Source: Promethearchaeota archaeon (GTDB lineage: Archaea > Asgardarchaeota > Hermodarchaeia > Hermodarchaeales > Hermodarchaeaceae). Taken from it: a DNA stretch of 32,000 nucleotides. Both the position numbers and the translations under genes were made by a program. Positions 1 to 7,133 of this stretch are shown here, one piece after another (the stretch's first letter is position 1; every line of letters starts with the position of its first letter). The notes below the pieces were generated by a model. The model was not told the DNA's origin. It saw only the letters and a program-made list of their open reading frames with translations, and did no database searches. Location of the stretch: assembly GCA_048938295.1 (NCBI GenBank), contig JBHLMI010000004.1, positions 1 to 32,000 on the forward strand, written 5' to 3'.

Positions 1-86
1 CCCATTCGACTTTCATTAGTCACGGTAGTATTAATTTCAACTAATTTACGTAATAGGTTGAGTTCATATGCAAGTTCTTCTTCCAT
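1..86 (-). CDS. N-terminal fragment of a host gene running off the window, probably M20 (ArgE/DapE-like) metallopeptidase
   Basis: Manual translation MEEELAYELNLLRKLVEINTTVTNESRMG...; ATG at 86 preceded by SD GGAGGT; LLRKLVEINT resembles the M20 N-terminal helix. Only 28 codons visible. Confidence 0.5.
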   Translation of the reverse strand, partial: MEEELAYELNLLRKLVEINTTVTNESRM

Positions 87-129
87 GACCTGCTGACCTC
101 CAGATGTATCTGCAGTAACGGAGTCGGTA

Positions 130-138
130 AAAGCCTAC
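130..138 (+). repeat. attL core (AAAGCCTAC)
   Basis: Identical to 8523-8531; 6-bp spacer AAAGCC preceded by host arm TCGGTA (124-129). Confidence 0.75.
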
Positions 139-160
139 AACTACCATATTTGATACAGGT

Positions 161-211
161 AGTATCGGTAGGTATTGCAACGTTTTTGTGAGAAATAGTG
201 AAGTATCGGTA
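161..211 (+). repeat. Direct repeat AGTATCGGTA (161-170, 202-211), copies of the att arm sequence
   Basis: GTATCGGTAGG (162-172) is the exact reverse complement of CCTACCGATAC (8527-8537) at attR. Confidence 0.65.
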
Positions 212-217
212 TTTAAG
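210..217 (+). promoter_or_regulatory. Probable TATA box (TATTTAAG) of the element's left operon
   Basis: About 28 nt upstream of ATG 245, consistent with a leaderless archaeal transcript. Confidence 0.5.
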
Positions 218-244
218 AACGCGTTCGAATAAACTAGTACCACT

Positions 245-508
245 ATGCAAACGGCAACGCGAAGAATTGTAGGCATCGGTAATAGCCGCGGTATCACCTT
301 CCCACACGATTGCAAACACCTCGTAGACGACTCCGTTCATCTCCTCTACAATGAACGTTTCATATTAATTCTCCGGCAAGACCAAAGTCATCTCTTGGAA
401 CCAGCGGTTGGACAAATCGTGCAGGAAGCCATTACTCAGATCGTGCAGGATTCACTGAACCAGGAGTGTGTACACCTTGACTCGACAGGTGAAAACCCAA
501 CCGGCTAA
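245..508 (+). CDS. AbrB/MazE/SpoVT-like DNA-binding protein
   Basis: N-terminal IVGIGNSRGITFP matches the AbrB-fold GNSxxIxxP motif. Confidence 0.7.
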   Translation: MQTATRRIVGIGNSRGITFPHDCKHLVDDSVHLLYNERFILILRQDQSHLLEPAVGQIVQEAITQIVQDSLNQECVHLDSTGENPTG

Positions 509-728
509 GGTGCCTAGGGTTGCTGTGTGGTTACCCAGAGAACTCTGGCAGACGCTGATTCCCTTTCTGACCAGCCAGATCGATCAAGTGCAATCGAATC
601 TTGTGCGAGGCCGGTTGAACCACCGGATTGTGCGCCACCTCGAGAATCTGGAGCTCATTGACCGGTTGCAGGCCATTGAGAATGCGCTCCGAACCCAATT
701 CTATGCTGCGAGGAGGGATGACGGATGA
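468..728 (+). CDS. Small protein, possibly ribbon-helix-helix DNA-binding (true start may be GTG 489 or 510)
   Basis: RVAVWLPRELWQTL resembles an RHH strand-helix; its stop overlaps the next ATG (ATGA). Confidence 0.5.
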   Translation: MYTLTRQVKTQPAKVPRVAVWLPRELWQTLIPFLTSQIDQVQSNLVRGRLNHRIVRHLENLELIDRLQAIENALRTQFYAARRDDG

Positions 729-1480
729 GCGATGAGGAGACGCCGCGAAAAGTTGGTAACGAAATTGTGACAAAGGGAGATTGTAACGATATTGTTACGA
801 TTGAAGCTCTCTGTAGAGCTGTGTATGAAGCGAGAGCGGTAACACCACCTTGTAACATTACCACAACCACCACCACAACCCACCACCACCAGGAAGAAAC
901 GAATGGTCACGATATTGTTACAAGCTTGCCGGTGCATTTAGCCTTCAAACTCTGCACGGATCCAGTGTTGTATCGGCTCTACCATGGAAAAGCGGCCAAG
1001 GAAGCCGCAGCCGTCTTATCATATTTCACACTGTACCGAGCCGCTGCCACCATTCACAGCTTAGGCATCTTGGATGATAAGATTCGTGATGGCATTTTCG
1101 CGGAACGTGAAGAGGTGCACCGGGTCATGAGGAAGCTTGAACGACTCGGGCTTGTCACGATATCGTTACATAAACCGTTTCAGGGTGGCCGTGACTTCGC
1201 CCTGTTCACTGCGGTCTGGGCTACTAGCGCTGATGTGCAGATGGCTCTCGAAGAGCATAACAGTTGGCTTGAACGGCACAAAGACACGGGTCTCCCTGCT
1301 CAGATTCCGGATGAACAAGCCTTGATCGGTGCCTCATTACCTGAGCCATCTGAAGTGGAATTACGCCAAGAGCGCTTACAAAGGATTGCCTACTACGAAT
1401 CCCGGTATCACCTCAGCGATGCGGATCAGCAGGTACTAGCCCGCCTCAAGAAACAGGTCGAGGAGGTGGATCTGAAATGA
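725..1480 (+). CDS. Winged-HTH protein, candidate replication initiator/regulator of the element
   Basis: EEVHRVMRKLERLGLV is a typical wHTH recognition helix/wing; low-complexity Thr/His linker; translationally coupled. Confidence 0.55.
   Translation: MSDEETPRKVGNEIVTKGDCNDIVTIEALCRAVYEARAVTPPCNITTTTTTTHHHQEETNGHDIVTSLPVHLAFKLCTDPVLYRLYHGKAAKEAAAVLSYFTLYRAAATIHSLGILDDKIRDGIFAEREEVHRVMRKLERLGLVTISLHKPFQGGRDFALFTAVWATSADVQMALEEHNSWLERHKDTGLPAQIPDEQALIGASLPEPSEVELRQERLQRIAYYESRYHLSDADQQVLARLKKQVEEVDLK
756..1169. repeat. Four copies of a 16-bp quasi-palindrome GT[AC]AC-GA[AT]AT[TC]-GT[TG]AC
   Basis: Copies at 756-771, 783-798, 906-921 and 1154-1169, all inside the wHTH gene. Confidence 0.8.
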
Positions 1481-1541
1481 AACAGATACCTCATGACCGA
1501 ACCACTCCACCAACCACTTGTAAAGGAGATAATCAATAAGA

Positions 1542-2408
1542 ATGCCAATCGATTTCAATGATCCCCGAATAAAAGTAAAGGAACTTCGAGGCGAAGGCAA
1601 TCTCAAACAAGAGTACTGGTATTATTGGATTGAAATGGATCATGCCCATTTCTCCTGTAAACCAGATGGAACCGTCATTAATGAGTATCTGCAGGTTCCT
1701 TTCAGCCAGCGCCTCACTAAGAAGCAAATTCAACGATTCAGCATGTTTGAGTACTGGCCAGGCATTACCAATCCCGTGGATTTGGATCCAGATATCATAA
1801 TTGAGGCTGAACTTGAGCATTACCTCGAGAAGATTTGTCGGTTCCGTCTCACTGACTGGCTCTCCTATTTCAAGGATCACTGGGAGGTTTATTATCGAAC
1901 AATCCAAGAACTCTATGAACTGGTCTACGGTGTTCCCTGCGACCATCATCCAATTATCAGCCCGAAGGAGTATATCCTTCAGAAAGCTCAAAGTGAACTC
2001 CCTTCGGAGGAATTTCGAATCTTCAATCTCTGGGCCACTGGGTCTCAGCAACAGCAAATAGCCGAACAACTCAAGAAGAGCATCGGCTACGTGAACACCC
2101 GGCTCCGCCGAATCCGTGAGGGCCCGATGGGCTTCTGGTATGAGGACTTTGTGAAAGGCGAAGGTCACAGGTCGGGTCACGGTGAACCAGATTTCATCGC
2201 CAAGGATGGTGTCCCCGTGAACCTGAAATGTGTGGGTGACAAACGAACCAGTAAAATTAAACGTGATAAACTGGCCCCAGAAATCATGTATGCGAAGACT
2301 CATACCGCGAGTGTCCGAGTTCAAGTCTACAACATTGTGCATGACCAAGAGCAGGTCCTCGAGTTTCCGCCCTTGGAAATCCCCATCGAAGTCCAGGTAA
2401 ACTGGTGA
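1542..2408 (+). CDS. Sigma70-r4/LuxR-like HTH fused to a PD-(D/E)xK-like nuclease domain
   Basis: EFRIFNLWATGSQQQQIAEQLKKSIGYVNTRLRRIR (HTH, aa ~157-192), then E201, PD216-217 and NLK227-229; SD AAGGAG upstream. Confidence 0.6.
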   Translation: MPIDFNDPRIKVKELRGEGNLKQEYWYYWIEMDHAHFSCKPDGTVINEYLQVPFSQRLTKKQIQRFSMFEYWPGITNPVDLDPDIIIEAELEHYLEKICRFRLTDWLSYFKDHWEVYYRTIQELYELVYGVPCDHHPIISPKEYILQKAQSELPSEEFRIFNLWATGSQQQQIAEQLKKSIGYVNTRLRRIREGPMGFWYEDFVKGEGHRSGHGEPDFIAKDGVPVNLKCVGDKRTSKIKRDKLAPEIMYAKTHTASVRVQVYNIVHDQEQVLEFPPLEIPIEVQVNW

Positions 2409-2556
2409 AAATAATTTTCTTTCAGATTCTTAGGAAAAATGATGATGAAAAATAAAATCGAAAAAGAACCCCTTTCTCATGACGCGGAGTGCTGGTGAGG
2501 AACCGAAAAACGGAATAGTTTTATTTTCTGTGAGCTGTTTGTTTTCTAATTCACAT

Positions 2557-2708
2557 CGGAGGTGAAGGAATGTCATTAGAACGCACACCAGATGAAGTGA
2601 TAGCTGAAATTTCAGACACTCTTTATCAAATGCTTAGGGTAATGCAGGAAATCAGAGATCTTCTAAGGCGACTATAGAATTGCGGAGGTGAAGGAATGTC
2701 ATTAGAAC
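2557..2708 (+). repeat. Exact 26-bp direct repeat CGGAGGTGAAGGAATGTCATTAGAAC (2557-2582, 2683-2708)
   Basis: Each copy contains SD GGAGGTGA plus ATG plus the first codons of a micro-ORF. Confidence 0.9.
2570..2677 (+). CDS. 35-aa amphipathic/coiled-coil micro-protein (MSLERTPDEVIAEISDTLYQMLRVMQEIRDLLRRL)
   Basis: Strong SD GGAGGTGA; paralog immediately downstream; below the ORF-track length cutoff. Confidence 0.7.
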   Translation: MSLERTPDEVIAEISDTLYQMLRVMQEIRDLLRRL

Positions 2709-2818
2709 CTACAACACAAGTTGAAATCTTACTCTCAGAAATCTCGACGAAACTAAGTGAGGTGATCGAAGAGAGCCGCAGGTTGTACACACTCCTAGAC
2801 ATGCGAGTTGGAGACTAA
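2696..2818 (+). CDS. 40-aa amphipathic/coiled-coil micro-protein (MSLEPTTQVEILLSEISTKLSEVIEESRRLYTLLDMRVGD)
   Basis: Same SD/start cassette; shares MSLE and EISxxL with the previous ORF. Confidence 0.7.
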   Translation: MSLEPTTQVEILLSEISTKLSEVIEESRRLYTLLDMRVGD

Positions 2819-2867
2819 CCAAACACCCACAAGTCTGGGGTTTTTCTTCAGCTTACGATGATTGATT

Positions 2868-3626
2868 TTACTTAGGTTTTTGGAAGCTTTGGTCACCTAT
2901 CTTGAATATTGGGCTGTGAAGCTCTTGTTCATTCCCAAATATTTGCCATGCTTCCTTTGTGAATATGAATTTAAACCTAAATAAAGTGCCCTTAATCTCT
3001 TCCAAGTTGATTGGTGGTCCTTTTGGTTTTAATGATTTATATTCAAGATGTTTTATATCGTCAATTTCTTTGATTCTCAAAGCAACATACACATAACTAG
3101 CACTCTTGGGCGATAAAGGAAGGCTTCTCAACCTCCACATCGGTCCTTGTGGAGGATTCAAGTAGGATTCAATGCTTTGCTCTGGGTCCCAATCCGTGAA
3201 CCGTTTATTTTCGAAGAAGTCTATTTTGATGTATTTAAGAACACCATGAGTTGAACCTCTATTTTCCACTACAAACTCATATTGGGCATCGAATTCATGA
3301 GAGCTAATTGGAACGGGTTTGCTGGAATGTCGAATAAACAAGATCTGCCATGATGCACCTGGCATTTTACGAACGAATCCGTACAGTTGAATACTAAATG
3401 GAAATAATGCAATAAGGATTCCAATAAGACTAAGAATCACTGGGAGACTGATTGGCAAATCACGAGCAAGTTGAAATATAAACCATATGATTATAGCAAG
3501 AAAAGGGCAATAGAAAGCCGCTGCAAACAAAATTGCTGCAATTCGTGCTCTCGGATGAGCATGAATTGGTTGCTTCTTCTCTTCTTCGGTTGATTCCCTT
3601 CTCTTTGCATCCGCCAAAAAAATCAC
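2868..3626 (-). CDS. Hypothetical membrane protein (2 N-terminal TM helices plus soluble beta-rich domain)
   Basis: 252-aa ORF in AT-rich cargo; hydrophobic segments at aa ~28-82. Confidence 0.7.
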   Translation of the reverse strand: MIFLADAKRRESTEEEKKQPIHAHPRARIAAILFAAAFYCPFLAIIIWFIFQLARDLPISLPVILSLIGILIALFPFSIQLYGFVRKMPGASWQILFIRHSSKPVPISSHEFDAQYEFVVENRGSTHGVLKYIKIDFFENKRFTDWDPEQSIESYLNPPQGPMWRLRSLPLSPKSASYVYVALRIKEIDDIKHLEYKSLKPKGPPINLEEIKGTLFRFKFIFTKEAWQIFGNEQELHSPIFKIGDQSFQKPK

Positions 3627-3689
3627 TTCTAAATATTGTTATTTTTCTTGAATAAAAAGAGCTAGTCTTGAGATTTCTGGTAGCGAGTA

Positions 3690-4064
3690 TTATCTAGAGA
3701 GTACAGTATATGCTAACAACATGAAACCCACAGCTATGATCTGGAACCATATCCAGGCTATATTCAATAATATGAAGGAATATACAAAATTAACGTTAAG
3801 CATTATCATAAGAGAACCAGCCCCAACCAAGAGGCCAGATAAGGTTACAATAATGTATAAAGTGGCAAATTCAACAAATGTGCGCTGATATTCTTTGAGC
3901 ATAGTCTCTGTCTCAGTAGTGTCGGAACTATGCAAACGAGCTAGTTCAAAGAATATTGTGTCTAATGTCTTCATTTGATATCCAATCAAAACGCCAGAAA
4001 ACCCCAAAAGGATTCCTTTAGCTGATATTAGAATACCTAGAGCCTGTGGAAAAACAAGCAACAA
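3690..4064 (-). CDS. Hypothetical multi-pass membrane protein (frame stays open upstream to 4313)
   Basis: Several hydrophobic helices; in-frame upstream sequence encodes another TM-like helix RIWIPIILGILIFAAISS. Confidence 0.6.
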   Translation of the reverse strand: MLLVFPQALGILISAKGILLGFSGVLIGYQMKTLDTIFFELARLHSSDTTETETMLKEYQRTFVEFATLYIIVTLSGLLVGAGSLMIMLNVNFVYSFILLNIAWIWFQIIAVGFMLLAYTVLSR

Positions 4065-4335
4065 TCTGAAGGCTTGATCTGGCGTTAATGGGCTCCCAGG
4101 AGAAAATAATTCGATTATCGAATTGAAATTAAATATTGAAGATATGGCAGCAAAAATTAGAATACCTAATATGATTGGAATCCAAATTCTAGTAAATTTG
4201 TTTAAGATAATTCCCTCGATTATACTTTGGCTAAAACAGGTATATGTTATTACCGATTTTGCGGTTAGAATTCTGGAGCTTCCATAACCAGCTATTTTAT
4301 AAATAAAGTGATTTTACTTCAATCTATCAAGGAAG

Positions 4336-4845
4336 GTGATGGTTTTGCAGTTAGAATATATCTTACTGATTAACACATTAATTCAGATATTAGTAGAAGC
4401 TGCGGGTGGCATCATAGCTGGTATTGTAGCAGCAATATTTGCTGTCTATTTCACGAAGCGGTGGGAGAAGAAAGCTCGGATTGAAGCATATCGAAAGAGA
4501 CTAGTTTCGGAGATTGAGCTATTCCAAAAAGCTTGTCACGTTTTCGATGAGTCTGGACGAGGAACAGATCAAGCCGACGTTGTTAAGAACTTAGCCCTTC
4601 AAACCGCTCAACGCACAAGGGACACATTTACGCCTGAAACAATGGACAAATTTCCTTGGGATCTTCTGTGGCCATTCATCGATGAATTGATTCGTTTAGC
4701 AATCTTGGGTTTTGGCGAAATGAAATGGTTTCTTGATCAGGTAAGAAAATTAGAGCAAATGGCTGATGAGATTATTAAAAGACTCAATGTTATCAGAAGC
4801 GCTACTGTAAAAAGAAGAGAACCGGAACCCCAAGGCCCCGGATAG
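4336..4845 (+). CDS. Hypothetical N-terminally membrane-anchored helical protein
   Basis: 169 aa; TM segment followed by basic KRWEKKAR; SD AAGGAAGGTG overlapping the start. Confidence 0.7.
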   Translation: MMVLQLEYILLINTLIQILVEAAGGIIAGIVAAIFAVYFTKRWEKKARIEAYRKRLVSEIELFQKACHVFDESGRGTDQADVVKNLALQTAQRTRDTFTPETMDKFPWDLLWPFIDELIRLAILGFGEMKWFLDQVRKLEQMADEIIKRLNVIRSATVKRREPEPQGPG

Positions 4846-4884
4846 GTGTTGCAGAACCCAAGTTATGAAACAGGAAGAGAGAAC

Positions 4885-5157
4885 CTACCCTAATTCTTTG
4901 ATGCGCTGCCAGTTCTCGCGAGCCCATTCAAAGTCTGGGAATCGTTCCCGCGTGTACAAGTCGGTAATGCGCTGTCCAACAGCTGTCTTGATTTCGTGAG
5001 TGATGGCTCGCACTTCTTCCCGGAAATCTGACAGGCTCAACTCTTTGTTGTCCTTGTTCTCTATGAGAAAGTCAGCTAACTCGTCAAGGAAGAGGTTGAT
5101 CCCATCTTGAACAGCGCAAAGCCACTTGGTATCCATTGGAAAACTCCTAGTTCCCAT
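4885..5157 (-). CDS. Small hypothetical helical protein (likely start ATG 5157 or 5136)
   Basis: C-terminal ~83-90 aa of the tracked ORF look globular and amphipathic; the upstream part overlaps the neighbouring gene. Confidence 0.5.
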   Translation of the reverse strand: MGTRSFPMDTKWLCAVQDGINLFLDELADFLIENKDNKELSLSDFREEVRAITHEIKTAVGQRITDLYTRERFPDFEWARENWQRIKELG

Positions 5158-5246
5158 GAACAACACCTTGGAACCGAGAATGCAATTTTTCACTAAAGTG
5201 GAAAAAAAGGAAGAGTGAGAAGGCGTAAGCCCTCTCAGAAATATGT

Positions 5247-6251
5247 CTATATTGGTGGAGCTGGGTAAAGCGGGGTACAGTAGGTGGCAAAACATATCCA
5301 CCACCAGTTCGGAGTTCGGCAATAACGGTTATAGCCTCCTCCAAGGGCGAAATTGATGAGATCCACTGGTATGAACTGATCAATAGAACCATCAGGATTC
5401 GCGTCTAGTTCCCTAATACGTGAAATCCCTAGAAAGAACCCTCCGATGAGTATACCCACAACTCCGCCAATTGGACCTGAAATCCAAATAGCCAGTATGA
5501 CACTTATTACAAGCAAAATGAGCGTCTCAAGAAATCTCAAGTCTTGTTGAAGCATCAGATAGACATCGTATGCAGTGTAGTGTATGTGTAAAGCGTTAGG
5601 ATTGTAGAGTAGATATGGGGTCCATCCAATATTTATGCCCTCAGACCAAGTCCAAGCCATGGCTACGAGGGGTTTCTGTGGTTGGAGAATTTTTTCTGGT
5701 CCATCTGCATTAATGAAATCTTCGACTAAGGTTCTAGGAATTTCTCCAATATGGAAATACGACCAACACATTGTCAGAATAAATGCAGCTACATCAGCAT
5801 CGATAATCGTTGGAAACCCGACTACGATTTTACTTGTTATAGTGTAGGCAGCAGGAGCAGAAAAACACGCTGCAAAGTAATGTTCACCACTAGGAGAAGC
5901 CTCTATGATTTCTGTTATTTCATCCCAACACACTAGTGTCGATCCTATCGTTAATCCCGCTTCTATGCCATGCCCGACATAGAATATCTCTCCAATCGCT
6001 TTTCGTAATATTAGTTCAAATTGGACCTTATCATCTATTCTTAGATGCTTCGAATTAGGAATGTTATGTTCTAATTGAACGGTGGAGGCCTTAATTGCCA
6101 CGTCATCACCAAAGGAAAGAATTAATGGTCCTGTTATAGGAATGCCTTGGCCGAACACCGTTGGTAAGGCAAATAATGTTGTGCAAAAAGTTGTCACTAG
6201 GAATATTACGAAGACCTTTTTCTGTAAATGAGACATTAAACTAACTTCCAA
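5247..6251 (-). CDS. Secreted protein: signal peptide + caspase-hemoglobinase-fold (clan CD) His/Cys peptidase + hydrophobic glycine-zipper C-terminal region
   Basis: Signal-like aa 6-35; IFYVGHG (H94) and HYFAACFS (C129); IVVGF strand; TM/Gly zipper at aa 244-276 (GPIGGVVGILIGGFFLG). Confidence 0.65.
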   Translation of the reverse strand: MEVSLMSHLQKKVFVIFLVTTFCTTLFALPTVFGQGIPITGPLILSFGDDVAIKASTVQLEHNIPNSKHLRIDDKVQFELILRKAIGEIFYVGHGIEAGLTIGSTLVCWDEITEIIEASPSGEHYFAACFSAPAAYTITSKIVVGFPTIIDADVAAFILTMCWSYFHIGEIPRTLVEDFINADGPEKILQPQKPLVAMAWTWSEGINIGWTPYLLYNPNALHIHYTAYDVYLMLQQDLRFLETLILLVISVILAIWISGPIGGVVGILIGGFFLGISRIRELDANPDGSIDQFIPVDLINFALGGGYNRYCRTPNWWWICFATYCTPLYPAPPI

Positions 6252-6719
6252 TCAGGTAATTTCCGTTATTCTTAGAGCCGAGAATTTGCTGAGACCGAAT
6301 ACGATGAGAAACAAAGATGTTGTTGCTAGTACGACAGAGAGAATCGAAACTATTATTTCATAAGGGCTAACCAGAAATAACCAGCATAAGATACCTGTAA
6401 GAAGGGTACCACCCGGAATGAATAAACCTGCACCTAGACCTCTGCCTTGGCTATTATTGAAGTCGAAATAAAAAATCAGAATACCTGTTATGGATACTAT
6501 CAAAAAGAAGGAGGGAAGAACTAGAAACGCAAAGAATCCAAGTAAAATCGCTGTGAACAAGACAATAAATATCCCAATAGGGAAGAAATATGTTTTTGTC
6601 ACTAATCTGAAAGCCTGATACCAACGTGTATTCTGATTTTGTCGAAAGAACAAGTAAGCAAAGGTGCTCGCCGAAATAATCAAGATTAGATATATTAGTT
6701 CAGTTAACCAATCTGTCAT
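6252..6719 (-). CDS. Small polytopic membrane protein (4-5 TM), candidate immunity protein
   Basis: 155 aa, almost entirely hydrophobic; SD GGAGG; stop abuts the start of the secreted protease gene. Confidence 0.7.
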   Translation of the reverse strand: MTDWLTELIYLILIISASTFAYLFFRQNQNTRWYQAFRLVTKTYFFPIGIFIVLFTAILLGFFAFLVLPSFFLIVSITGILIFYFDFNNSQGRGLGAGLFIPGGTLLTGILCWLFLVSPYEIIVSILSVVLATTSLFLIVFGLSKFSALRITEIT

Positions 6720-6732
6720 TAAACCAATCCTC

Positions 6733-6816
6733 CATTCGAAATATCGAATGACTCGAACTAAAGAGTGATAATTCGAATGACTCCAACTATAATTTGCTAC
6801 CCTCAGAACTTAAATA
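6733..6816 (-). promoter_or_regulatory. Promoter with operator-like repeats for the 6719-5247 operon
   Basis: Minus-strand TATA TATTTAAG (6816-6809); 17-bp direct repeat TCGAATGACTC[G/C]AACTA (6744-6760, 6773-6789); inverted repeat CATTCGA-N4-TCGAATG (6733-6750). Confidence 0.55.
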
Positions 6817-6914
6817 TTCTCCTACTTTCAAGAAATTAAAATAATATGAACATTTTATCATCCTCACCGGGACTAGTACGGCAAGTCTAAGTGAGATAAG
6901 ATAAGGGCAATATC

Positions 6915-7097
6915 TTATTTGAGCACCTCTTCTTTGACAATGGTGAGGAAGCACTTGGTTGATCAGTAGCTCCGATAGACCTTCCCTGACGGCACGCTTA
7001 TGTGATATCCAGCCTCATAGATGATGCCCCTCCCACATTCATCGCATTGCATCTCATACATTTGAGCCAAGGGTTCCTCGGATTTTTGTGCCACCAT
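6915..7097 (-). CDS. 60-codon TRASH/MYM-like Zn-finger gene with in-frame TGA at the third Cys position (selenoprotein or pseudogene)
   Basis: MVAQKSEEPLAQMYEMQCDECGRGIIYEAGYHISVPSGKVYRSY*STKCFLTIVKEEVLK; strong SD GGTGGTGA; TGA at 6965-6963. Confidence 0.65.
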
Positions 7098-7133
7098 TTT
7101 ATCACCACCTTTCAGTTGTAAGTTGCTTACAGC

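Noticed and set aside
1477-1539. 20-aa mini-ORF bridging the wHTH and nuclease genes
   Set aside because: Has an SD and ATGA coupling but no recognisable protein features; cannot be supported as functional.
1533-2348. 271-aa antisense ORF
   Set aside because: Shadow of the motif-bearing plus-strand gene; no SD or motif.
2439-2520. ATGATGA C-box-like motif
   Set aside because: No matching CTGA D box or terminal stem.
2557-2708. 26-bp repeat as a CRISPR mini-array
   Set aside because: Only two copies, a 100-bp spacer, no cas genes, and the repeat is an SD plus start codon.
5424-5433. 10-nt match (AATCCCTAGA) to the putative omegaRNA guide inside the toxin gene
   Set aside because: A 10-mer match is expected by chance roughly 6% of the time in 64 kb of both strands, and it does not extend.
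2868-6719. Hydrophobic ORFs as virion proteins of a pleolipo- or spindle-shaped provirus
   Set aside because: No packaging ATPase, replication enzyme or recognisable capsid protein in the bounded element.
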